Positions 19,565 through 30,228 of a DNA stretch of 64,000 nt are shown piece by piece. The stretch lies in the NCBI GenBank assembly GCA_963701095.1, contig OY969564.1, positions 1,792,001 through 1,856,000 on the forward strand. The letters run 5' to 3'. The notes beneath the pieces were generated by a model. That model searched no databases. It had not been told where the DNA came from and saw nothing but the letters and a program-made list of their open reading frames with translations. Every line of letters starts with the position of its first letter. The stretch's first letter is position 1. Source of the stretch: an uncultured Methanoregulaceae archaeon. Its GTDB lineage: Archaea; Halobacteriota; Methanomicrobia; Methanomicrobiales; Methanospirillaceae. Made by a program: the position numbers and the translations under genes.

Positions 19565-21688
19565 TCAGTACGCCTCCATTTTAATCTCGTCGATGTGGAG
19601 AGTGACATAAACCGGCCTCTCTATCTGATTATAAATATTATATCTATAGTAATGGGACAGGGGATTAGTGGCGCTGTCGGGGATGATAAGATTGTTACTA
19701 CAGGCAACCCTGACCGTATCGAAAAAAGTCTCATTTAAAGCATCTACAGTCGCATTCCCGAAAGGTTCTTGATCTGATCCAAATGAAATCTGAGTAACCG
19801 GGTAGAGATTAGGTATTGTTGTTATATTAGAGGTAAGCTTGAGCGTACCATACCCGTTGCTGCTGACAAACGAATGTTCGGGAGATGCGGTGATATTAAC
19901 TGCCCAGAGATCGAGGTTGGAACAAGACCCGCTGATAGGGGAATACGACGTGGGCAGATGTATGGGCTTTGGCAACAACCCTTCAGAATACGTGAAATTG
20001 TCGGCTGGTGACGTCTTGGATGTGCCGCTGAGAGTGGTTACGGTGACATCAACAGCATCTACGGGTCCGGATGAATCCGCTGGCGGGCTGACTACGGTTA
20101 TTGAAGTATCGCTGTTTACCGTTATGTTGCCGGTACTATTCGGGATTGTGCCGAATTTAACATTGTTTGCTCCGGTAAAACCAAATCCGGTGATAGTTAC
20201 TGACGTTCCGCCAGCAAGCGGACCGGCTGTCGGTGAGACACCAGTGACAGTCGGGACCGACGTATATGTGAACTGATCCGCCGGAGGATTTGGCAAGGAT
20301 GTGCCACCGGGAGTGGTCACAGTAACATCACCAGATACTCCATTCGGGCCCGGGCTGTATACTGTGATTGAAGTATCACTGTTAACCGTCATTGCACCGG
20401 TGGCATTCGCAATACCGCCAAACTCAACACAATTCGCTCCGGTAAAGCCAACCCCGGTGATGATTACCTGGGTCCCACCAGCGAGTGGACCCACGTTAGG
20501 TGAGATGCTGGTAACTACCATCACCGGTGTTTTTGCATACGTGAACTGATCAGCTGGCGGATTCGGCAAGGATGTGCCACTTGGAGTGGTCACAATAACA
20601 TCGACCGGGGCAGTTTGACCGCCCTGCGGGCTGTATACTGTGATTGAAGTATCGCTGTTAACCGTAAACGAAGGTGCCGGATAGCCAGAGCCAAACTCTA
20701 CCCTCGTCGCACCGGTAAATCCGGACCCGGTGATGGTTACTGACATGTTACCAGCGAGTGGACCGGCTGTCGGTGAAACACCGGTAACAATCGGGACTTG
20801 TGTATATGTGAACTGGTCGGCTGGCGGATTCAGAAATGATGTGTTGCCTGGATAAGGAGTAGTCACAGTAATATCAACAAGTCCGGTTTCGTTATCGGAC
20901 GGGCTAACCGCGGTGATTGAATTATCTCCGTTGACTGTAAACGCAATTGCCGGTATGGACCCAAACGTTACATTGGTCGCTCCAGTAAAGCCAACACCGG
21001 TGATGATAACAGGAGTCCCACCAGCGGGTGGACCGGCTATCGGTGAAATGCTGGTGACAACAGGTTGCTCCGAGGAGGTTGTTGGATAAACCGGGATCTC
21101 AGTTTGGTTTGGCATATAGTCAACACTCGCGAATGACTTGGCAAATAGTGCAAGCGATCCCGATTCGGTCGCGTTGGTAACGTTGTCCATAGTGTCGTAT
21201 GACAGAGGTGTGATAAGTGTACCGTATTTGGTCACGTTGATATAGCCATATTGCCACTGGTATCCCTGGTCCTGCCAGAAATTACCCACAGGTTCATACG
21301 AGAAATTGATTAGAGTTCCATTTTCCTCAATTGGTGTCGTCCCGTAAAAGAAGGAGATATTGTAGATAGTACTCTGACTCACTCTCGTCTGGTTACGATC
21401 CTGGACGACATCCAGTGTCCCGCTTGATTTAATTGGATTAAACAGAATATCCCCGCCACCAAGCTGGACTGGTTCACTAAATGCGAGATGATTCTGGTGA
21501 GATGATGCTGCGTTATCGATATCCGAAGAAAAATGCTCGAACGCAGTTTCCACATTTTGGATATGCTCTATCTCCGAGGATTCTTTCATTGACGGGATGT
21601 AGATCGCATTCCAGATCGAATAAAAAGTAACAATTGCTGCAAGGATCAACATCACGGCGATGACCGGGGCAATCGCATCGTCCTTCAT
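19565..21688 (-). CDS. Pilin-like protein carrying four tandem IPT/TIG Ig-like repeats
   Basis: MKDDA/IAPVIAVMLILAAIV class III-like signal; four repeats of VT.(I/V)SP..GP.AG...V.ITG.GFTGA..V.FG...TVNSD.SIT..SP...VDV.VTT..GTS...AD.FTY. Confidence 0.85.
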   Translation of the reverse strand: MKDDAIAPVIAVMLILAAIVTFYSIWNAIYIPSMKESSEIEHIQNVETAFEHFSSDIDNAASSHQNHLAFSEPVQLGGGDILFNPIKSSGTLDVVQDRNQTRVSQSTIYNISFFYGTTPIEENGTLINFSYEPVGNFWQDQGYQWQYGYINVTKYGTLITPLSYDTMDNVTNATESGSLALFAKSFASVDYMPNQTEIPVYPTTSSEQPVVTSISPIAGPPAGGTPVIITGVGFTGATNVTFGSIPAIAFTVNGDNSITAVSPSDNETGLVDITVTTPYPGNTSFLNPPADQFTYTQVPIVTGVSPTAGPLAGNMSVTITGSGFTGATRVEFGSGYPAPSFTVNSDTSITVYSPQGGQTAPVDVIVTTPSGTSLPNPPADQFTYAKTPVMVVTSISPNVGPLAGGTQVIITGVGFTGANCVEFGGIANATGAMTVNSDTSITVYSPGPNGVSGDVTVTTPGGTSLPNPPADQFTYTSVPTVTGVSPTAGPLAGGTSVTITGFGFTGANNVKFGTIPNSTGNITVNSDTSITVVSPPADSSGPVDAVDVTVTTLSGTSKTSPADNFTYSEGLLPKPIHLPTSYSPISGSCSNLDLWAVNITASPEHSFVSSNGYGTLKLTSNITTIPNLYPVTQISFGSDQEPFGNATVDALNETFFDTVRVACSNNLIIPDSATNPLSHYYRYNIYNQIERPVYVTLHIDEIKMEAY

Positions 21689-22134
21689 GGCTGGTCCTCG
21701 CTGACCACACCGGAGAAGAGCACTGCGCTTTCCGTGGAAAGGGTGATTTTTTCATCCCCGTAAAGCGGTGCTCCGGCATTGATGGTGATATTACCGCCTA
21801 GATCGAAGACTGAACTATTGGGTTCAGCGGGATCGGGCACAAAATAAAAAGGTGGGTTCCCGTTTAATGTATATGTTGACTGGTTGGTCTGGTTTGAGAC
21901 GATCACCTTCAGCGTGTTGATCTCTACCCAGTCGCCCCCTTTGTGCCAGAACGTTACATTTCCGGTGGTATCGTTGGTCATCATGATAGTTACGGTCGGA
22001 CTGCGTTCAGAAGGGAGATAATTCGAGAGCTGGGAAGTAAATACCGCGACGAGGATCAGTACAACTCCTATCATGAGCATTTCTCCAACTACTTCCGAGA
22101 CTGCCTCATTCCTGCTATTGTTTTTTTGTCGCAT
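21685..22134 (-). CDS. Archaeal type IV pilin (DUF1628-type)
   Basis: NEA/VSEVVGEMLMIGVVLILVAVF; HKGGD motif. Confidence 0.88.
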   Translation of the reverse strand: MRQKNNSRNEAVSEVVGEMLMIGVVLILVAVFTSQLSNYLPSERSPTVTIMMTNDTTGNVTFWHKGGDWVEINTLKVIVSNQTNQSTYTLNGNPPFYFVPDPAEPNSSVFDLGGNITINAGAPLYGDEKITLSTESAVLFSGVVSEDQP

Positions 22135-22143
22135 GCTCCTCCA

Positions 22144-23975
22144 TTACACCACGAAGATGAACATTGCCACCGCTGCCGCGAGAAGGACCATGCTGTGCTT
22201 GAACCCGGCAAGGATGCTGTTTGAGCTGAACTGGCCGGCCATAATGCCGGAGAAGAGACCGAGTATGATACCGATGTCAAACATCTCCGTCACGTTTCCT
22301 GCGATATTATAGTTAAGGTTGAAAGAAGAGAAACTCGCCATGAAGGGTCCATTGAGCTGGTATGCGGTATAGAGAAAGATCCCAAAAGAGAGGTAGATGA
22401 TCATGACGTACACGATGGCGGTATTGGTCCGTTCGCTCCTGAGCTTCAGGTAGTGTTCGAAATCGGTGATGGCGATGACGAAAATATCCCTAAGATTTGA
22501 TGTGATCTCGCTTGCCTTCACTAACAGTGAGATAGCCCGTTTGACCGAGACAAGGCCAATCCGTTCTTCCATGCGCACCAATGCAGCGTTGATATACGCT
22601 CCCGTACTGACCTCCCGTGATACTGTGGCAAGTTCCGAACTCAACAAGCCCAGTTTTGCATTGGAAATGCGGTGAATTGCGTCAGGGAGCGTAATGCCAA
22701 TTTCAATCATATCAGAGAGCTCACGGAGGAACTCGGGGATATTGGCCTCCACATTGTCGACATACCACCGCCGTCCTTCGTAGGCTATAGAGACAGGTGC
22801 CATGAACCCGACAAGGATAAGGCAGATCCCACCTTCAAATGCATTCTTCGGGAAAAGGAAACCAACCCCTCCGGATATAAGAAGTAAAGCAAAAAGCCCG
22901 GCACAGATAGTCCCGGCAATCAGTCCGTAGTTATAATTGGTAATATACGTGCGGAACGGATGACGAAGCATATTGTAAATTCTGCGTTCTTTTCTTTTCG
23001 CTTCAAGGGACTTGTAAAATGACGCCTCCTCTTTGAACGGGTAATTTTCGACGGTCACCCCAGAGCTAAGCCCGGTATCCTCCATCTCTCTCCGGCTTAT
23101 CTCAAGATTTTCCGGGGGCAGCATGATAGAGAGCATCCAGATCATGATGATGGCACCGACCGGGATCACCAGGTACATAAAAGGGAGGAGCCAGCCCATT
23201 GCCGATTGGCTTGTCATACCCTGCGCAACGATCATGATTATAAGAGCAATCGGACCGGCAACAAATGCTGAAACATAGACCTCTGCCATGATCTCGATGG
23301 TCTTGAGTAACAGATCCAGTTCTCTTTTTGCCTGTTCGTGGAAGAACACGGTTTTTGAGGAGAGGTATGCAGTGATATCGCCACCGCTTTCGTAAACCAC
23401 ACCCAGATCGTTAATGAAATCACGGAATAGAGGTGAAGGTGTTGTTTTCTGGACGTTGCGCAGTGCAGTTATCAGGTCGTCGCCGAAGAGCTCCACGTCC
23501 CGGACCACCTGGCCAAACTCGAGCGAGACCTCGCCAAACATCGATTTTTCCTCGTAAATCCTTTTTATCACTTCGAATGGCGACATCGTGGTAGAAAGGG
23601 CCTGCATGTAGGAGACTGCATAGGGCAGATCGAGATCGATCTTTGTTTTTCTCCCTTGTGCCAGTAACACCGGGTAATAGACTTGGAAGAGATAGACGCC
23701 CGGTACGCATATCGCAAATAAAAAGAGCCAGAACAACAACGGCGGGATCAGCGTAAATAATCCGAAATCATATCCTGTGATTTGAACGAATGCAAAGAAC
23801 CCGAAGAATAAGGCAATAGATGCAGCTGAGTTAATCCGTGTTGTGCGCAGGTATTGTTCTGCAGTGTAGGGAAGATGGGCTGAACGGAGATCCTTCTTGA
23901 GGTTCGTCCCGAGAACCACGAGCTCAAACCGCTCAAATGATGCCCCAGCGATCTCATACTTGAGTTAACGGTCAT
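22144..23975 (-). CDS. Type IV pilus/T2SS platform membrane protein (TadC/FlaJ-like, two T2SSF domains); frameshift near 23910
   Basis: DLPYAVSYMQAL, FGEVS.EF..VVRDVE.FG.D...AL..TPS, PEFLREL; adjacent to the assembly ATPase. Confidence 0.88.
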
Positions 23976-23976
23976 C

Positions 23977-26058
23977 TCAATCCCCGAGATCCTGGATCGC
24001 GTTCGCCAGATCGATTATATCCGGATGCGGGGCGTCGATGGCCATGTTCAGGAATTCTTCTCTCCTCTTAAGCTCAATTGCCACCTGTTCCATTGACCAG
24101 TTTCTCATAGAGGCAATTTCTTTAAGTACCCGCGACGGCGCCTCTGTTTTACTGAACCGGTTGTTGCCGATATCCCATTCATAGAGTTTCACCGGTATGA
24201 TGATTCCCTGATCGTCAACCGATATTTCGTGAATTGCAGAACAGCGCCGTAACCGGATACTGCCGAAGGAATAGACAGCCTGGTTCACGACAAGATCGAG
24301 AGCGGTAAACATAACAGACGGGACGTTGATCGGCTCATGGGTGAGCCGGTTGATGGCTTCCTGGACACTCCCGGCATGGAGGGTTGAAAGCGTCGCATGG
24401 CCGGTATTCATCGCCTGGAACAGTGTCTGGGCTTCCTTACCGCGGACTTCCCCGACAATAATAAACTCCGGCCGCTGACGCATGGACGATTTCAGGAGCG
24501 AGAAAAGATCGACGTCTCCTTGAACCCCCGGTGTATTCAGTTCCCTTGTTTGTGTGGCAAGCCAGTTCTTGTGGGGGAGCTGGATTTCGCGGGTATCTTC
24601 CAGAGACACAATTTTTGAGTTCAGTGGGATAAACAGAGAAATCGCGTTCATTGTCGAGGTTTTTCCGCTTGCCGTTCCCCCGGCAATAATCAGGCTTTTC
24701 CTGTGCTCGATAACCAGCCAGAGGAAGGCAAGGATCTCGCTGTTGTACGTCTCGAACTTGATAAGATCGAGTGGTGTCATAGGATCTGCACGGAATTTAC
24801 GGACGGTAAATGAACTGCCGTTGGTGGATATGACATTGCTGTACGTGATCTGAACCCGCGAACCGTCGGGGAGTGCTGCGTCCACCATCGGGGTTGAAAG
24901 TGAGATCTGTTTGTTGGCTTTCTGGGCGAGTTTTAAGACGAACTGGTTGAGCTCGCCTCTCCGGAAGATGACACTTGTCCGGAGGCTGCCGAAAACTCGG
25001 TGAAAGACAAAGACCGGCATGTTTTCACCGTTGCAGCTGATGTCTTCAAGAGCCGGGTCGTGCATAAGTGGTTCAAGCAGACCGAATCCTGAAAGGTCAC
25101 GTTGAAGGTAATAATTGAGTATCGGTAGCCGATCCGGACTTATTGTGGGATCATTCTCCAGAAGAATACGGTACACATTTTTGGCTTTAAGCAGATCAAC
25201 AGGAGATTTTTCCGGATTGTCAAAAATGATCACCTCACGAAGGTAGTTGTAGGTTTCCTGAAGGACAATTTTCTCCCTGGCGGTAATTACCGGTTCGACT
25301 ACCGTGTAGACTAAACCCAGGTTTCCCTGTCGAATGATTTTAATATATACAAAGGGAGACTGGACCCAGTACACATTCAGGCAACTGCCACCCGGTTTTT
25401 CGCAGAGCTCCGGAGACTCTGGAATGGGATCAACGTCGGTGGGTCTCGGCACAAACTTTGGGATGTCATTTTCATCTGGCAAGAGAATTGCCATTTGGCC
25501 GGGGGCAAACCTGGATACCGCTCCGAGGCAGACAGTTCCAAATGCGGCAATCGAAAGAATGCCAGAGGGCACGAGAATGGCGATTGGCACATTGACGAAA
25601 AACGCGATATATGCGGTAGCGATACCCACTAGACAACAGGCAAGAATTAATGAATCTCCCCGGTCAGTCCGGTTCCCCAACGACCGGGTCATCCTGAGAT
25701 ACGGTTCAAAAAATTCATGAGCTGATTGTTTGTTATCGGGTTTTGCAGTAAGGTTCTTGTTCGGGGTAAGGACCGGAAACGATGCGCTATCCATTGATGC
25801 ACTAAGTACCGGAGAAAAGCGGGCCCGGGCCCCGATAATAAAGAGAATCAATGCGACAAGAGAGATGACTGACAGGATCCCCATCAAAGGAATAGGCATA
25901 TCGATGAAAAGGACGACGATGCCAGTAACCACAGCCACGACCGCCATGGTCAGGAGCAGGAACGTTCCCTTTAACGAACGGCCGGAAAGAGCAGAAATGG
26001 TTTTCTGGTAGTAGTTTCCGGGTCTACCGGCGAATGGCCCCCTAAAAATCTCCGTCAT
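23977..26058 (-). CDS. Type II/IV secretion (pilus assembly) ATPase with an N-terminal hydrophobic extension
   Basis: EDISCNG, GSSFTVRKF, GGTASGKT, EDTRE, RQRPEFIIVGEVRG.EA, TGH..STLHA. Confidence 0.93.
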   Translation of the reverse strand: MTEIFRGPFAGRPGNYYQKTISALSGRSLKGTFLLLTMAVVAVVTGIVVLFIDMPIPLMGILSVISLVALILFIIGARARFSPVLSASMDSASFPVLTPNKNLTAKPDNKQSAHEFFEPYLRMTRSLGNRTDRGDSLILACCLVGIATAYIAFFVNVPIAILVPSGILSIAAFGTVCLGAVSRFAPGQMAILLPDENDIPKFVPRPTDVDPIPESPELCEKPGGSCLNVYWVQSPFVYIKIIRQGNLGLVYTVVEPVITAREKIVLQETYNYLREVIIFDNPEKSPVDLLKAKNVYRILLENDPTISPDRLPILNYYLQRDLSGFGLLEPLMHDPALEDISCNGENMPVFVFHRVFGSLRTSVIFRRGELNQFVLKLAQKANKQISLSTPMVDAALPDGSRVQITYSNVISTNGSSFTVRKFRADPMTPLDLIKFETYNSEILAFLWLVIEHRKSLIIAGGTASGKTSTMNAISLFIPLNSKIVSLEDTREIQLPHKNWLATQTRELNTPGVQGDVDLFSLLKSSMRQRPEFIIVGEVRGKEAQTLFQAMNTGHATLSTLHAGSVQEAINRLTHEPINVPSVMFTALDLVVNQAVYSFGSIRLRRCSAIHEISVDDQGIIIPVKLYEWDIGNNRFSKTEAPSRVLKEIASMRNWSMEQVAIELKRREEFLNMAIDAPHPDIIDLANAIQDLGD

Positions 26059-26445
26059 AGCAGCCCGTCCTGTTGGTTATTTCGTACAGATTGAAAGGTA
26101 GTCTAAATGCCCTGGTCATCCCGGAACCGGAATGGATATCCTTATGCCCCGTCTGCACGATGGTATCATAAGGAAGAGAATATTTGTTGTTGTACGGGAT
26201 ATTGTTTATGCTTTTCATTTTATCTAAATAATAAATAAACGTCTTTTGTTTATCAAAATCAAGAATACAAATTCTCACCTATTACTTTTTCTAGGCGAAT
26301 TCACATGCTGATCCATTTTATGAACCATATGATGTGGGGTTGATTGCTGGTTTTTCGGAACAAAACGGAAGAAAATAATCATCTCTAAAAAGGGACGAAT
26401 TGGAAGCGATTTATTAAATATCAACGAGGTATAACCGGAAACCCT

Positions 26446-26709
26446 ATGAGTGATCTTCTCCTTGCAGTCGTTTTTATCATCGTTATCCTGGTCATCGCAT
26501 ACTATGTAATAAAAAATTTATCGGTCCTTTTGATCAATGCCATTCTCGGTCTCATCTGTTTGTTCATTCTCAACACGCTCAATGTCATGCAATGGGTAGG
26601 TAAACCTGAACTTGGGTACGGCCTTGCAACGATCCTTATCGCCGGAATTGGGGGATTACCTGGCGTGTTTATCCTTATCCTGCTCAATTTGTTCGGTATT
26701 ACCGTATAA
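26446..26709 (+). CDS. BofA-like small membrane protein
   Basis: 87 aa, TM-rich, INAILGL..LF.LN and GIGGLPGV motifs. Confidence 0.7.
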   Translation: MSDLLLAVVFIIVILVIAYYVIKNLSVLLINAILGLICLFILNTLNVMQWVGKPELGYGLATILIAGIGGLPGVFILILLNLFGITV

Positions 26710-26785
26710 AAAATGCAAAAAGGGCCTAGGGAACGGATCCCCGGGAGGTTTACCGGATCATTTAGGGATAGGTGACAGTGGCGTA

Positions 26786-27484
26786 TTAGAAAACGTTTGC
26801 TTCAGAATATACCGTTACCTGCGTCTGTTCGATTTCATAGGGTTTGATTTCCCGTGAATGAGACGACATTCTCATTTTCACAACTTCAAGGGCGAGGTGA
26901 ACATCCGTGAGATCGCTTGAATGCACATAACGGAGCAGGATCACGGTATCGGCAAGATATTCGATCAGACCGTGCCGGCTGGAGAAAGCGTTGTCGCTGT
27001 TAGTTTCGGAGGTCATCATCATTGTGCATTCCTTATCCCGCAGCCCTTCGATGAACCGGAACATCTCACGGCGTCGCTCAGAATCGCTGCCAAAAAGATC
27101 CTCAAAAAGGGAGATCGGGTCGATTACGACCCGGCTTGCATCGATCTCGCTGATAAGGTTCGGGAGTTCATTTTTGATACGGTTGTTTGCCAGGTTAAAA
27201 TCGGTCGGATCGAGCTTGATGATATAGAGGGATTTGTTCAGGAACGGCTCAACATCCCAGCCTTTCTGTGTCATGTAAAGGATAAGCCTGTCTTCTCGTT
27301 CCTCAAGACTGATATAGATTACCCGCTCTCCCCGCTTGAGTCCCTCCCAGATAAAATCGAGGGAAAAGGTCGTTTTCCCCGTACCGTACGTCCCGATAAC
27401 TGCACAAATACTTCCGGCAAGCAGTCCGCCACCCAGCATATCGTCAAGTCCGGAGATCCCCATCTTCACACGTTCCCCGTTCAT
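26786..27484 (-). CDS. KaiC/RAD55-like RecA-superfamily ATPase
   Basis: GISGLDDMLGGG, Walker A GTYGTGKT, YISLEE, RVVIDP, VVKMR.S.HS. Confidence 0.9.
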   Translation of the reverse strand: MNGERVKMGISGLDDMLGGGLLAGSICAVIGTYGTGKTTFSLDFIWEGLKRGERVIYISLEEREDRLILYMTQKGWDVEPFLNKSLYIIKLDPTDFNLANNRIKNELPNLISEIDASRVVIDPISLFEDLFGSDSERRREMFRFIEGLRDKECTMMMTSETNSDNAFSSRHGLIEYLADTVILLRYVHSSDLTDVHLALEVVKMRMSSHSREIKPYEIEQTQVTVYSEANVF

Positions 27485-28307
27485 ATTACCATCCTGATAT
27501 TGCTTACCTCAAATCCACCGGTCGTAGATATCCTGACTGCAAACTTGACGAGATCCTGCTCCTCGAGGTATGGCATGACACCCCTGAATTTCTCAAAGAA
27601 CATGACCCGCTGGCGCCGTGAGCCGGTGCTCTCTTCCCACCGAAAAAGAAAGACTGCATCGGCGATGTCGGCAAGTTCAATTTCGTTGGCTGCATCAATG
27701 ACACCCCTGCTGAGCAGGAGGAAAATGGTGAGATCCCTCGTTTTCGAGAGTCGCTGGAGGCCCCGGAGAAAGGCAGTCAGGTCAGCCCAGAGATTGGGAA
27801 GGGCCTTCTGGGTGGCAATATCGGTGATCGAATCAAGGACGATCATGCTCTCCGGTTCTGCCGCGGCAAAAATCTCTGCAAGCCTCATGAAAAGATTCGC
27901 ATGTTCAGATCGTTTCTGAAGCCGGGTCAACGTGTTGCTATGGCTGTACCAGGAATCCGGTACAATACTACGATCAAAATAGAGATCTGAAAGATCCTCA
28001 AAGATGATGCCCTCCATCTCGCTATTCATTTCATCGGTGCGAAAAGATTGAACAATTTCTTGGCGGACATCAGCCTCGAGCGGGTGAAAGTGATATACAG
28101 GATTTTCTTGGGGGTAAATGTGCTGGTATCCTTTGATTGTTTCATTGCTGAAAGGATGTTTACCGTCGAACTGTAGACAAATTCATAGTGTCCGGCGCCC
28201 AAATCCCCGAGAAGGAGTGTCAGGGTACCCTGCGGGATACCCCCGCCAAGGATGGGATCGAGCGATGCGATCCCCGTGGGCATCCTGGTTTTCTGTGTAT
28301 TCTGCAT
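27481..28307 (-). CDS. KaiC/RAD55-like protein with degenerate Walker A (split ORFs 28026-28307 and 27481-28029)
   Basis: MPTGIASLDPILGGGIP, P-loop GDLGAGHYEF, VLDSITD, EKFRG. Confidence 0.8.
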
Positions 28308-28516
28308 CTGGCACTCCGTCTATCCGTTGAATTATATTGTTTTAAAATCTCTGGGGATAACTATAAAGATATCTGTCCCTGAACGACGGATTTCTTCAAT
28401 CAAAAAAATCGTATACGTCATGGATTATAGCCCGTTCTTGGAAAATACTATTTATATAAGTATCTGCCGAACTATTAACGAAGAAGAGAAATGCACCTTT
28501 CATAAGGAGCAGGTTT

Positions 28517-30228
28517 ATGCAGATTTCAGATTTTTTTCAAGGATTTAAAGAGTACCTGTCCCGGATAGGGGTTGCACGGAGAAATGCAGATATTGAACAT
28601 TTGCATGCGGGAAGCGACAGTCCCCCGCCAAGTGCACCAAAGATACGCGAGGCCAGCTACCGTTACTATTTTCAATTCTTTAATAAACAGCAGAAAAACC
28701 AGATCGAGGAGTACGATTTTGCAAAGCATGGACCGCTCGTAAAGGCCGGGCTGCCGCAGGGGTACGACCTGCTCGATCAGTACTGGATAGAAGAGGGATT
28801 GACGCTGGTGTTCATAGCCCTCAACCGGAAAACGAACCAGACTGAATACCTCCTTTTTGAACCCCCCCTCTCGGATTTCGAGTATGAGCTTCTCGAGCGT
28901 CTCCATGAGGATCTTCTTGATGTTCTTATTTTGTCATCGGACGAGATTAAAAAAGACCGAAAAAAGATCCTGCTTACAAAAGTGCACGGTCTTCTGGAAG
29001 ACTACGGGCTTGTCCTGGACCTGAATACACTTTTCAAGATAGAATATTATCTTCTCAGGAATTTTATCGGCTGGTCACGTATCGATCCCCTGATGAAAGA
29101 TCCCCATCTTGAAGATATTTCCTGTGACGGAAGCAGAATCCCGATATTCCTGTACCACCGGGAACACCGGAACATCAAAACAAACATTGCATTTGAAGCC
29201 GATGTCCTCAATTCTCTTGCTATCACTCTCGCCCAGCGTTCTGGTAAGCATATCTCGACCGGTTCACCGATGCTGGATGCCACGTTGCCCGACGGATCGC
29301 GGCTCCAGCTGACCCTTGGGACGGAGGTTACGACAAGGGGCACATCGTTTACCATCAGGAAATTCCGTGAAGATCCGTTTTCACCTATAGAGCTGATGGA
29401 ATATGGTACATTTTCGAGCGACGAGCTCGTATATTTCTGGCTTGCTATTGAAAACGGTATGAGCCTGCTCTTTATCGGGGGAACTGCATCCGGGAAGACC
29501 ACATCCCTGAATGCAGTTTCACTTTTTATCCCTCCTATTGCAAAGGTTGTCAGTATCGAAGATACCCGGGAAATCACGCTTTACCATGATAACTGGATTG
29601 CCAGTGTTACCCGGGAAGCACTCACCGAAGGTGGCAATGCTATCAATATGTTTGATCTCCTCAGGGCTGCGATGCGTCAGCGGCCGGAATACATTATTGT
29701 CGGGGAAGTCCGGGTCCGGAGGCGCAGACACTCTTCCAGGCGATGAATACCGGCCACACAACGTTCTCTACGATGCATGCAGGAAGCATCGACGCAGCAA
29801 TTCACCGGTTGGAAAATGCGCCCCTAAATGTGCCTCGCAATATGGTCCAGGCTTTAAACATCATCAGTGTCCAGGCACTCATTTACCGCGGAAACGAACG
29901 TGTCCGAAGAGTGCAGGAAGTTGTTGAAATCGTCGGTATCGATCCGGCCACCGGGAACCTCAAGGTTAACAATGTCTTCGAGTACGATCCCGTCAATGAT
30001 ATTACAAAATATACCGGCAGATCGCAGATTTATAGCACAATTTCAGAGAAACGCGGATGGACCAGAGCCCAGCTTGAAACAGAGATAGCCGTGAGAAAAA
30101 GCCTGCTTGACGCGATGCACACACAGGGAATCCGGGACTATATCTCGGTTGCCTCCCTCTTCCACGACTATAATATAAACCGTGCAGCAGTGCTTGCGCA
30201 CACAGATGATCTCAGACAGGTACTGTGA
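28517..30228 (+). CDS. Type II/IV secretion (pilus assembly) ATPase, second copy (frameshift near 29715)
   Basis: EDISCDG, GGTASGKTT, RQRPEYIIVGEVR, then MNTGHTTFSTMHA in the next ORF. Confidence 0.92.

Noticed and set aside
26921..27919. 332-aa plus-strand ORF
   Set aside because: Antisense shadow of the KaiC-like genes with no recognisable motifs.
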